A DNA stretch of 64,000 bases from an archaeon (GTDB lineage: Archaea > Thermoproteota > Nitrososphaeria > Conexivisphaerales > UBA164). The position numbers and the translations under genes are program-made. Numbering within the stretch: position 1 is the stretch's first letter; each line of letters begins with the position of its first letter. Shown here one piece after another: positions 1 to 8,958 of this stretch. The notes under the pieces were generated by a model. It saw only the letters and a program-made list of their open reading frames with translations. It made no database searches and was not told the origin of the DNA. Location of the stretch: the NCBI GenBank assembly GCA_021792955.1, contig JAJYTP010000003.1, forward strand, positions 18,037 through 82,036, in the 5' to 3' direction.

Positions 1-1340
1 ATCCAGAACATCCAGAAGACCGTATTTACAAGCGGCCAGAAGAGTGATGAATAGAACGGTGTCCTGTAAAGCTGTGTAATTGAATATGGAAGGGGCGCCA
101 GCCCTTCGAACGGCAGCACTATGAGCGCCAGTATCCCCTGTACGAACCCGTGCGCGTAGCCAAACGGGTTGCTCATTATCTGTGGTATGGAAGCTGCATC
201 GGCCGCGGCTATCCCCATGTACGCGGAAGCGATGCCCATGAATCCGGTCCCGTTAAAGGAGGGAGAGTTGGCTGATGGCTCATAGCTGGCGTAAAATTCG
301 TATTTATTCATAAGGGTCAGGGTCGCGTTCCTTTCAATTGCAGCCGATGATCCATCCATCCCTGGCTGAAGGTAGGACACGGTTATGTTCTGGCCCGCCC
401 GTGAAGCGTTCAGATAGGAGCCCAGGTCATCTTCATTGTATATGGTGGTCCCGTTGATGCCCGTTATCAGGTCGCCGGGCTTCAAGCCTGCCGTCGACGC
501 CGGCGTCCCATTGTACACTCCCGTTATTTCGATGCCAGGATACACTGAAACCCCCTCAGACTTACCGTGATAGAGGACGGCCGCCGCCGTGGCTACGCCT
601 GGCTGCATGGTCATGTTGTTCAGCAGACCTACGGAGACAGGCGTGCCAGCGATGGAGACTATTTCCATCCCGCTTCTCAACCCCTGATTTACGCCTGGAT
701 ATGTCTGCGTTATGACCACCCCTGGTGATATGGCGGTAACCCCGGCGAATGCGCTTAGAAACAAGATGAGCATTACACCCGCTATAACCAGGTTGGTTGT
801 GGCGCCGGCCGCCTGGACCCTTAACCTCTTGATCCTTTCGGTTCCCTGTAAATCCTTTTCATCCAGCTCCACAAAGGCCCCCACCGGCACTATCAGCAGG
901 AGCACCCCAACCGAGTTGATCTTCAGCTTCTGGCAAGCGGCCACAATGCCGTGCGAGAATTCGTGCAGGACGATGCCGATGATCATGGCGATGAGCCCGT
1001 AGGAAATGGGGATCAGGGGATTTATGCCCGGCAGCGCAAGCACCGTTTGAAGGTTGGGGCCGCTCCCCTTTGGGATAAGCGTCACCAGAGTGGCCTCCCA
1101 GGCCAGGAAGGCCGTAGTAATGATCATGGTTATGACGCCGGCCAGTATGGCGAAGTCCCCGTACCTCTTCCAGAAGGAAGTCCTTGAGACCCTTTCTATA
1201 AGTCCCCTGCTCCTTTCAGTCTTCAGCATTATTGCGGGTCCAAAGAGGGAAATGTGCTTTGACGGCTTGTATTTCCTGATGGCCAGTAACAGCGCCGCCC
1301 ACACGATTATCAGCAGCAGAAGTATAAGGTAGCCGTTCAA
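1..1340 (-). CDS. Site-2 protease (M50 family zinc metalloprotease) with PDZ-like domains; 3' end runs off the window
   Basis: Not in the ORF track because it is truncated. Minus-strand frame from TTG at 1340 (LNGYLILLLLII...) contains LHEFSHG (HExxH), GAFVE and AGATTN motifs, and two PDZ-like segments (GLRSGMEIVSIAG, GLKPGDLITGING). Confidence 0.9.
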   Translation of the reverse strand, partial: MNGYLILLLLIIVWAALLLAIRKYKPSKHISLFGPAIMLKTERSRGLIERVSRTSFWKRYGDFAILAGVITMIITTAFLAWEATLVTLIPKGSGPNLQTVLALPGINPLIPISYGLIAMIIGIVLHEFSHGIVAACQKLKINSVGVLLLIVPVGAFVELDEKDLQGTERIKRLRVQAAGATTNLVIAGVMLILFLSAFAGVTAISPGVVITQTYPGVNQGLRSGMEIVSIAGTPVSVGLLNNMTMQPGVATAAAVLYHGKSEGVSVYPGIEITGVYNGTPASTAGLKPGDLITGINGTTIYNEDDLGSYLNASRAGQNITVSYLQPGMDGSSAAIERNATLTLMNKYEFYASYEPSANSPSFNGTGFMGIASAYMGIAAADAASIPQIMSNPFGYAHGFVQGILALIVLPFEGLAPLPYSITQLYRTPFYSSLFWPLVNTVFWMFW

Positions 1341-1623
1341 TTCCCTTACACTAGAGGGGTGGAGGAGTGGCATATTTAACCCCTTATAGAGAAAAGGTCA
1401 GCAGTGCCCCATCGGATTAACCCTTATTAGCAATTGATAGTGCCGGACAATAGCTGTATAGTGGATCCCGTCCTGATACCTTAAGGCTGTTCGGATTTGT
1501 GCCCGCCACGTTATTAAAGCCGCAGGTTAAAGGTGATCACTGTCCGGGGCGCTCAATTGGGTTTCGCCGTAACCGATAACCGGATAGCCTCAAGTATGGA
1601 ATTCACATTTGCATGGGACACGC

Positions 1624-2175
1624 CTATGGTTTTTGAACTATGGCCCAGTTTGTAGTCAGCGTAGAGCCGGCTTCAGTGATCAGAAAGGGGTTGAGCAGTT
1701 CGTAGAACTGGGCCTTGGTCAAGCCCAGCCTGTCCCTTCCGAACCTGTTTATGCCGATGAACCCCAGGGAGCCAGGCTTCATGCACCTTACCATTTCATT
1801 GACAGCATCATTATGATCCCTCATGCAGCAGAGCAGCCCGTTGGAAAATAGTGCGTCTATGGAGCCATCTGGCACGAACGGTATGCTGGCAGCTGAGGAT
1901 GCATATGGCTTAACATTATCGATGTGCATCCTGCTCAGCCTCTCCGTCAATTTCTTTATTGCCCTTCCATCGGCGTCCACAGAATATACAGTACCTTCAG
2001 TGCCAACGGCCCTGGATATGGCCTGCGTAAAGAAGCCCGGGCCACTGCCCAGGTCCAGAACGGACATTCCAGGCCTTATGGATGAGGTGATAAAGCGCAT
2101 CTGGATGCCCGATGCATATTTCCTGAGGGGGAAGAGCATAACCCCCGGCCTGAAGTATCTGTCATTATCCGCCAT
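1624..2175 (-). CDS. Class I SAM-dependent methyltransferase
   Basis: Motif I VLDLGSGPG. Start moved to ATG 2175, which follows a GGAGG RBS. Confidence 0.85.
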   Translation of the reverse strand: MADNDRYFRPGVMLFPLRKYASGIQMRFITSSIRPGMSVLDLGSGPGFFTQAISRAVGTEGTVYSVDADGRAIKKLTERLSRMHIDNVKPYASSAASIPFVPDGSIDALFSNGLLCCMRDHNDAVNEMVRCMKPGSLGFIGINRFGRDRLGLTKAQFYELLNPFLITEAGSTLTTNWAIVQKP

Positions 2176-2516
2176 TTTTTGCCTCCGTATACCTGTGTTC
2201 ATATGTAAGGGTAGATGGCCATCTGCGGCAGGGGATAACTAGTAGCACCGGGCCTCCCGCAGGGCCGGCGTCCTCCTTCCCCTCTTCTTTCAATGTTCCG
2301 TCTGTACCCGAATGATTCATGGATGACTATTCATAGCAAATGAAAGGAGTATTTAAAAGTGTTTGAAAAATTTAAGGGTATAATTGTCAGCGGCATATAT
2401 TGATCCCATTTAACGCCGTATTACAGTGCAGCTTCAGGAGGAGCTGTGAATCTTGAGATGGTGAATCAACCGATAACTATATTAATATATATCAGGCGCA
2501 TGTGTTTTGACTCATA

Positions 2517-3059
2517 TTGTCCGGTAATGGTGTTGATATACGAAAACAGGTCGATGACAACCGTGGCATAGCCAAAAAGCTTGAGCTTCTGGTGCCGGGA
2601 CTGAGGCAGTACAGGAAGACCGACGACCTCAGGGTGGCTGATGACCTCCTAAGGCATCAGGTGGCTGACAAGGTTGACCAGGCCAAAGCCAACCTTGAAG
2701 CCTACCGAAAGCAGATGGTCGTAGCCGGCGACTTTGCAAACCTTTCCTCTGTGGGATCCCTGATCTTCGAGCTTCAGGAACTGAGCGGAAAGGTGCGGTA
2801 CGCTCAGCAGGGTTACGCCCCCCTTGTTGCTGCGATAAGCATAAACGAGGACAAGCTTAACGCTCTTTACAATTATGATTACGAGTTCGTCAATTCTGCG
2901 CTGAGCCTGGTGGAAGCCACTTCAAAGCTCCAGTACGACCAGGCTGCGGCCCTTTCAAACAAGTCGTCACTTGATGCAGTTAGCTCGGCCATGGTTGACT
3001 TTAAAAGAAAGTGGTCGGTAAGGCTTGAAGCTATAGAAGGGGTATTGGTGACGGGGTGA
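2517..3059 (+). CDS. Conserved all-alpha-helical hypothetical protein; first gene of the SPFH/zinc-ribbon operon
   Basis: 180 aa ORF with helical/coiled-coil composition, downstream of a TATA-like ATTAATATAT and 9 nt upstream of the next gene. Confidence 0.75.
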   Translation: MSGNGVDIRKQVDDNRGIAKKLELLVPGLRQYRKTDDLRVADDLLRHQVADKVDQAKANLEAYRKQMVVAGDFANLSSVGSLIFELQELSGKVRYAQQGYAPLVAAISINEDKLNALYNYDYEFVNSALSLVEATSKLQYDQAAALSNKSSLDAVSSAMVDFKRKWSVRLEAIEGVLVTG

Positions 3060-3068
3060 AATAGGTAG

Positions 3069-4235
3069 ATGGCAAACAAAAACGATATGTCAAAGGGTGG
3101 AAGCGTATTTGGCTCCACTACAATAAGCTGGGAGCCACAGTTCAAGGAGGGGAACGTCATGTGGAAGGTCCCCAGGCTGATCAGGCTAAACGACAATATA
3201 GTCGTGAGGGAGGACGAAATAGCGGTGTTCTATAGGGACGGAAAGGTCCTTACTTACTTCGATAAGCCTAACAGGTATGCGCTGAGCGATTTTAATGCGC
3301 CCATAGTCGGCAACCTTCTGAAGTTCTTCGTAGGGGTTCAGCAACAGGCTGAAGTATATTACCTGCAGAAGAGGTTCATGGACGGGAAGTTCGGAAGCAC
3401 AGAACCCTACCAGTTCGTGGATCAGATCTTTGGGATCATAAACCTCAGGGTTTTTGGAGAGTACAGGTGGAGGGTCTCCTCCCCCGAGAACTTCATAAAT
3501 CAGTTCGTGGGCACGTTCGCGGCTGAAACATCCGATGATGTGGAAAAGAGGCTTAAGGAGCAGATGGTCCTCCTGGTATATAATACGTTAGGAAAGATGA
3601 AACAGCAGGGGTTGAAGGTCACCGACCTTGCTTCCAGCCTAGCTACCATTGAGCAGGCGGTGCTTTCGGTTTCGCCGGACAACTTTGCCCAGTACGGGGT
3701 CGAGATCAATAAGGTATCCGGCCTTACGATAAGCCTCCCAGAGGAGGTGCAGAAGGCCGTGGATACACGCTCGGAGATGTCGGTACTCGGCGTCAATTAT
3801 CTCCAGTACCAGGCAGGTCAGGCAATGACCGACGCCGCCAAGAACCAGTCCGGAGGGGCAGGCGCCCTGGCCGGGATGGGGGTGGGCCTGGGTGCGGGGG
3901 CTGGAATAGGGTATGCGATGGGCGGCCAGGTGATGCAGGGCATGGGCCAGCAACAGCCAACCAAGACTTGCGTCAAATGTGGAAGCATAATACCGATGAC
4001 CGCCACTTTCTGTCCGAACTGCGGCGCCCCGCAGCCTCAGCCAGGCCAGCCACAGCAGACACAGGGGAACTGCCCAAAGTGCGGGTCCCCACTGCCCGCC
4101 GGCGTCAAGTTCTGTCCGAACTGCGGCGCCCCAGTAGGTCAGCCAGCGACGAAGGTGTGCCCGAACTGCGGTGCCATTGTGCCGGTCAATTCAAAGTTCT
4201 GCCCCAACTGCGGGAAGCCAATGGGGACCGGGTGA
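3069..4235 (+). CDS. SPFH/band-7 (YdjI-like) protein with three C-terminal double zinc ribbons
   Basis: N-terminal 'IVVREDEIAVFYRDGKV' SPFH-like domain, a Gly-rich GMGVGLGAG segment, then six CxxCG knuckles. Confidence 0.85.
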   Translation: MANKNDMSKGGSVFGSTTISWEPQFKEGNVMWKVPRLIRLNDNIVVREDEIAVFYRDGKVLTYFDKPNRYALSDFNAPIVGNLLKFFVGVQQQAEVYYLQKRFMDGKFGSTEPYQFVDQIFGIINLRVFGEYRWRVSSPENFINQFVGTFAAETSDDVEKRLKEQMVLLVYNTLGKMKQQGLKVTDLASSLATIEQAVLSVSPDNFAQYGVEINKVSGLTISLPEEVQKAVDTRSEMSVLGVNYLQYQAGQAMTDAAKNQSGGAGALAGMGVGLGAGAGIGYAMGGQVMQGMGQQQPTKTCVKCGSIIPMTATFCPNCGAPQPQPGQPQQTQGNCPKCGSPLPAGVKFCPNCGAPVGQPATKVCPNCGAIVPVNSKFCPNCGKPMGTG

Positions 4236-4255
4236 AGGGAGGGAGGTAGAGGAAG

Positions 4256-5275
4256 ATGATATATTGTGACAAGTGTGGAGCCGAACTGCCAGACGATGCA
4301 AAGTTCTGTTACAAGTGCGGGGCTCAGGTAGGAGCTCCAGCAACCGGGGCTCCTTCACAGGGGCAGAAGGGGCAGCCCAAGGCTCAGGAGAACATTCTGG
4401 CTCCGGCCGGCATAACTTCACTGAAGTGCCCCAGCTGCGGTGCACCAATTACACCGAAGTTCGGTGAAATGATCATTACGTGTGAGTACTGTGGAAGCAG
4501 CATAACCCTGGCAAACGATGGCTGGAAGAGCATCCAGAAGCATACTATGCTGCCCTTAAAGTTCGTCGATGAGGGCCAGGTGGAGGAAAGGGTGAAGAAG
4601 CTTATGGACAGGGGCCTGCTGCACAGGCATCTAGAGGAGAGCTCTGTAAAGGAGGAGTTCTCCCTGAGTTACATACCATACTGGGTTGTTACTGTATCAG
4701 CAAGGACAACCGTGACCAGCCAGAACGTGGCAGCGCAGGTGGGTCAGACCGCCACTGAAGCCGCTGTGTTCGGGATACTGCTGGGCGGAATGGGTGGAGG
4801 CTTCGGCGGAAGGAGGTTCATCTCTACGGGGAAGGGCTTCGGTCCCACCCTCTTTTTCATGGGTGGCTATGGTGGCGGCGGCAACGTCACGGTGAACACT
4901 ATCGACGCGAACTACAACTACCCTGTGATAGCGGTAAAATCGCTTATGGAGTATCAGCCGAAGAACTACGAATTTGCAATGAACGAAAGGGTGCTTTTCG
5001 ATGTTTCCAAGGTAAAGTCCATCAAGGTGTTAAACGGCGACTTGAGCGAAGATGCAGCCAAGGGCCAGGCAAGGACCCTGGTGGAGCAGCTGCAGAGCGA
5101 CAGGGCGCACAAGCAGTATCATATGATACAGAAGCTTCAAACGGAGGTCGAAGTATCAGAGGGTGAACTGCTGCACGCCCCGGTGTGGTTCGCGAGGTAT
5201 GACCACAAGGGGAAGAAGATAGTGTTGCTAATAGACGGCAACAGCGGGAACACCATAAATTCAATAGGCCTCTGA
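4256..5275 (+). CDS. Zinc-ribbon protein, YdjG-like
   Basis: CDKCG..CYKCG and CPSCG..CEYCG ribbons; 'YIPYW' and C-terminal 'PVWFARYDHKGK..IDGNSG' motifs; GGAGG RBS. Confidence 0.75.
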   Translation: MIYCDKCGAELPDDAKFCYKCGAQVGAPATGAPSQGQKGQPKAQENILAPAGITSLKCPSCGAPITPKFGEMIITCEYCGSSITLANDGWKSIQKHTMLPLKFVDEGQVEERVKKLMDRGLLHRHLEESSVKEEFSLSYIPYWVVTVSARTTVTSQNVAAQVGQTATEAAVFGILLGGMGGGFGGRRFISTGKGFGPTLFFMGGYGGGGNVTVNTIDANYNYPVIAVKSLMEYQPKNYEFAMNERVLFDVSKVKSIKVLNGDLSEDAAKGQARTLVEQLQSDRAHKQYHMIQKLQTEVEVSEGELLHAPVWFARYDHKGKKIVLLIDGNSGNTINSIGL

Positions 5276-5293
5276 AGCAGCTCGTCCGTGCAG

Positions 5294-5881
5294 CTATAAT
5301 GACTCCGCGCCGTTTCTCATGGCTATTGACGTCGCAGCAAGCACATCCTTCTGATAACGCACCCTGCCGCGCGGGGTGGTGCTCCTTTCATTTACTACCT
5401 GCACGATGTCCTTGCTCCTGAGCATCGGAAGCAGCCGTTCTGCTAAGCGGGCGGTTATGTCAGGCCTTCCATCCCCTATCTTAACGTGGATCGGAGCGTC
5501 CAGGGCGCTTATCATGCCGGAGATCATGGGCAGCACCTGTTCAGGGTCCATCGATATGGTAGTCCACACGGTTCTACCGTTCATGAGGATAGCTATTCCG
5601 GTGTGAGAGCCTGGATCTATGCCAACCTCTATCTTCCTTACCCTTCTCTCATAGTTCAGTAACATCAGAAGGTCCAGCGGCTCCTCCCTGATTATATCCT
5701 CGTATAGCAGGGTCATCCTACCGTCCATCAAGGGGGCTTCCTCCCTTGTGGTCAAATATAGCTTGGACTCGTCTTCGGTTTCCCATGGTAGGCTGGCCTC
5801 AAGCTTCATCCCGGTTCGCTTGAGCAGGCTGGCAAAGTAATAGAAGGCTTGGCCATTCACAGTAGCTATGCAAGGTTTCAT
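5294..5881 (-). CDS. Hypothetical protein with RNase H-like (YqgF/RuvC-type) C-terminal domain
   Basis: VGIDPGSHTGIA, IGDG, VNERSTT and KDVLAA motifs fit the RNase H-fold acidic residue pattern. Confidence 0.65.
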   Translation of the reverse strand: MKPCIATVNGQAFYYFASLLKRTGMKLEASLPWETEDESKLYLTTREEAPLMDGRMTLLYEDIIREEPLDLLMLLNYERRVRKIEVGIDPGSHTGIAILMNGRTVWTTISMDPEQVLPMISGMISALDAPIHVKIGDGRPDITARLAERLLPMLRSKDIVQVVNERSTTPRGRVRYQKDVLAATSIAMRNGAESL

Positions 5882-6162
5882 CTATGGTTACCCGATGGTG
5901 CCTGTTGTTCCATCGCCGTCCTGAGCGCCCTTAATCCTAACCTCATAACTCATGAGGGATATACTTTACATTAAGGATAAAAAGCTTTTTGCACGATTTT
6001 CCGCCCCGTTGGGCCGCTCGCAAGTAGATCGACAGGACAAGCTGCCTGCACATTTGGCTGTAAAAGGGATAGCCCTTATATACCAAAAAAACATTTTATA
6101 CCTAGGCCATGATCCATTTGATACTGGTCGCATGCTGCGACACTTTGGCGGACCAGTTCATG

Positions 6163-6238
6163 GGGCCGGTGGTGTAGCTTGGTCTTGCACATCGCTCTGA
6201 CACGGCGGAGATCCCAGGTTCAAATCCTGGCCGGCCCA
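6163..6238 (+). tRNA. tRNA-Val(GAC), intronless, no encoded CCA
   Basis: Acceptor stem GGGCCGG/CCGGCCC-A, D-arm GTGT..GCAC, anticodon loop CT-GAC-AC, T-arm CCAGG-TTCAAAT-CCTGG. BRE/TATA-like AAAAAAACATTTTATA lies at about 6085-6100. Confidence 0.95.
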
Positions 6239-6455
6239 TTCCTGGTTATGCATGCCTTGATGACCCTGCTTGTACATACGCTTGGCGTGCTAGATTGGCA
6301 TAAGGGGTTAATTTTTTACCGCTTATCAGAACGCTTCAGGAAGAGCGGCCGTTAATTTACTAGTGGACCAAACCGTATACCGTACGGGCATCGTCTTTAA
6401 GGGCAGGTATTTTTTTACTAATTTTCTTTGGATGGTACAGTGATCAGGATTTCTT

Positions 6456-6500
6456 AGTAATATAGGTAATCATGGAAATCTATATATACATGGTAATCCG
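6456..6500 (+). promoter_or_regulatory. 9-bp-period degenerate direct-repeat array (GGTAATC core) overlapping a TATA box
   Basis: Units AGTAATATA/GGTAATCAT/GGAAATCTA/TATATACAT/GGTAATCCG at 6456, 6465, 6474, 6483 and 6492. Confidence 0.5.
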
Positions 6501-6511
6501 GTACTACCAGT

Positions 6512-6976
6512 ATGACTGAAGAAAAGTCGGTAGATAAAGATGAAAGCGTAGAGAAAAGATCGGTAACCATCAAGGGGATCAGGAATGACCTTTACAAGAG
6601 GATGAAGGAGTTAGCATATGATACCGGTAAGACGCTCGGTGACGTGACCAACGATGCGTACTTGGCCATGGAATCGACGGCCGACGGCCTGCTTGATATG
6701 TCGAGGAACTTCCAGATGGGGCTCACCAGCGGAGGCAGTAAGGTCATAGGCCACATGAGTGAGCTAGAACTTACAGGGAGGGAGATAGCCGATGCCAATA
6801 AGAGGATACTGATAAGGAACGTAAAGAAGCTGACACTAAAAGATATAGACAATCAAACCGCTACAAAATACATTTTTTCAATAAGGGACGTGGATGAACT
6901 GTTCATACCACAGGGTCTTTCGAAGGTGGAACTTCTGTCCCGGTGTGCTAACATAGGTAAAGTAATCCAGGAATGA
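6512..6976 (+). CDS. Hypothetical protein with putative N-terminal ribbon-helix-helix DNA-binding motif
   Basis: 'KRSVTIKGIRNDLYKRMKELAYDTGKTLGDV' follows the strand-helix-G-helix pattern of RHH proteins. Confidence 0.7.
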   Translation: MTEEKSVDKDESVEKRSVTIKGIRNDLYKRMKELAYDTGKTLGDVTNDAYLAMESTADGLLDMSRNFQMGLTSGGSKVIGHMSELELTGREIADANKRILIRNVKKLTLKDIDNQTATKYIFSIRDVDELFIPQGLSKVELLSRCANIGKVIQE

Positions 6977-6984
6977 TGCGCCGG

Positions 6985-7656
6985 TCAGGCGGGCACAAGG
7001 TGGAGGATGGTACACGCCCCAAAGCTAACCCTGACGGTCTCCACCCGGTATGCCTTGCCTCTCGCATTCAATAGCATATCAGCAAGAAGCCGCTCCCATC
7101 CATCGTTTCTTCTTATATATCCCCAGAGGCGAGTTGACATATCCCTTGTATCAGGGTCAATATAGAGAAGAACCCTGAGCAGCTTTATCCACAGCTCCCA
7201 GAAAAGCCTGGCCGGCCAGCTGGGTATCGAGAAATCAAAGATGACCGCCTCGCCCCTTTCCCTGAGCACCCTATCTATGGTTGAAGCCAGCCGGTCAAGG
7301 GGGACGTATTTTGGAAGGTACCCTGATATAACTAGGTCAAATTTGTCGGGCGAAGGTTCAACGTCAAGGGCGTTCATGACATTTATTCGCACCCGAGCGT
7401 CCACGATTTCAGCCCTGTGCTTTGCCACCATGGATGGTGAGCTGTCGACCGCCATGATCGTGGCCGATGGAAAGAGTTTCAACAGCTCTCTGGTGATCAG
7501 GCCAGTACCGGAGGCCAGTTCAAGGATAGACGGGCTGCCGGGCTCATTGATCATGCTCAGCGCCTTCAGCCTCCACCTCCTGTCCTGATTCATGGTGGTA
7601 AGCTTGACTAGGGTGTCATACTTGGCGCCGACCCTCCTGAAGATCCCGTCGTCCAT
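6985..7656 (-). CDS. UbiE/MenG-like SAM-dependent methyltransferase
   Basis: 'KYDTLVKLTTMNQDRRWR' N-terminus, ILELASGTG motif I, and IFDFS. Confidence 0.8.
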   Translation of the reverse strand: MDDGIFRRVGAKYDTLVKLTTMNQDRRWRLKALSMINEPGSPSILELASGTGLITRELLKLFPSATIMAVDSSPSMVAKHRAEIVDARVRINVMNALDVEPSPDKFDLVISGYLPKYVPLDRLASTIDRVLRERGEAVIFDFSIPSWPARLFWELWIKLLRVLLYIDPDTRDMSTRLWGYIRRNDGWERLLADMLLNARGKAYRVETVRVSFGACTILHLVPA

Positions 7657-7671
7657 CGTCGCTCTCTTAAC

Positions 7672-8952
7672 CTACTGCCCTGTTTGGGCTTCCTGTTCAC
7701 CGGGATAGGGTTCAACCCGCAGCACGATGCCATTGACGGCCACCACCTTAACCCGCCTGCCCTTGCCAATTTTTCCTGATGAAGAAAACGCCCGCCACCT
7801 GACGCCATCAATGGATACTTCGCCGTTTGGATCAATGTCCGTTGTGGCCAACCCGTTAACACCGATCATTGATTCACTACCGGTAAATACCTTATTCATC
7901 CTTATGAATCTGAAGGCCCGCCTGATATAGAAGGAAATGAAAACGCCAGCTATCAGTATAATTATTATCGATACGATCAGGTCCCAGCCGCTTGGAGCCG
8001 GAGAATACCCTATCCCCTGGTTTAGAAAATAGATTCCGGCAGCGCCGGTTGCTATCGCCGCGAGGAACGCCACACCATGCCCGGTCTTAAGCTCAACAAT
8101 GAGGAATACCGCAGCCAGCACCAGTATTACGATCCCGAGCGCGGACGCGCTTATCACTTCCGCCCCTATGAGCCCAAGCACTATGGCGATAACCCCGCCG
8201 ATGCTCAGTAGCACCGTCGGATGCAGCAGGTCCAGTATGATAGCTATCATGCCGATAAGTATGAGCACTCCATCGAGGGTGGAGTTGCTCAATGCGCTCA
8301 GGAACTGGTCATAGTAACTTTCGCCTACGGTGACCGAAGGGAGGCCGCCTATTCCCAGTGAGGCCTCCGCCACGGTGATATTGCTTGCTTCCCCGTTTAT
8401 GACATTGTACTGGAGCGCCTGGTTAGCTGAGTATGCCGTATCATATAACACCATGTTGTAGGCGGCCGTTGAATTCCTCCCCCACTCATTGGCCAATCCC
8501 ACCATCAGCTTTAGCATGGCATCTTCGGTGTGGTTCTGTTCCAGTGCCGTCCCGCCCACCACTATCGGAGTAGAAGGGCCGATTTCTGTTCCAGGCGCCA
8601 TCAATATCCTGTTGGTTGCCATGGAGATATAGCTGGCTGCCGATGCCGCAATGCCGTTCTGCGGGACATAGGTGTAAACCGATATTCCGGATTGATTGGC
8701 TAGGGTAATTGAATTTATTATGTCAAGCATGTCAGAAAGGTAGCCCCCGGGTGAATTCATGACTATGAGTATGGCTACGGCATGATCGTTAATGGCCGTG
8801 CCGACAGCCTGGCTCATCATCGCCGATGCTCCAGGGTCGACCGTATAGTCGAAATTTACAACCACGACCTTGGCAGGAGCCTGACTCCTCACGGTGGAAA
8901 TTGGGATTAGAACCAGCGTGATGATGATGACGGCAAACAGTAGCCGGTTCAT
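7672..8952 (-). CDS. nfeD: NfeD/STOPP membrane-bound ClpP-class serine protease
   Basis: Signal peptide, NSPGG, AASAASYI, MAPGTEIG, a TM block and a C-terminal OB domain (GEVSIDGVRWRA). Lies next to the stomatin gene. Confidence 0.9.
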   Translation of the reverse strand: MNRLLFAVIIITLVLIPISTVRSQAPAKVVVVNFDYTVDPGASAMMSQAVGTAINDHAVAILIVMNSPGGYLSDMLDIINSITLANQSGISVYTYVPQNGIAASAASYISMATNRILMAPGTEIGPSTPIVVGGTALEQNHTEDAMLKLMVGLANEWGRNSTAAYNMVLYDTAYSANQALQYNVINGEASNITVAEASLGIGGLPSVTVGESYYDQFLSALSNSTLDGVLILIGMIAIILDLLHPTVLLSIGGVIAIVLGLIGAEVISASALGIVILVLAAVFLIVELKTGHGVAFLAAIATGAAGIYFLNQGIGYSPAPSGWDLIVSIIIILIAGVFISFYIRRAFRFIRMNKVFTGSESMIGVNGLATTDIDPNGEVSIDGVRWRAFSSSGKIGKGRRVKVVAVNGIVLRVEPYPGEQEAQTGQ

Positions 8953-8958
8953 AACGAC

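Noticed and set aside
712..1332. Plus-strand ORFs of 78-96 aa
   Set aside because: Antisense shadows of the minus-strand M50 protease.
2165..2320. Possible ORF of about 50 aa on the minus strand upstream of the methyltransferase
   Set aside because: Short, with no motif and no independent coding evidence.
3965..4215. Repeated nucleotide words (e.g. CCGAACTGCGG, TGTCCGAACTGCGGCGCCCC) that could suggest a CRISPR-like array
   Set aside because: They encode the repeated CPNCGAP zinc knuckles inside a CDS and have no constant repeat-spacer structure.
6163..6500. tRNA as the attachment site of an integrated element
   Set aside because: No integrase and no duplicated tRNA 3' end seen in the window.
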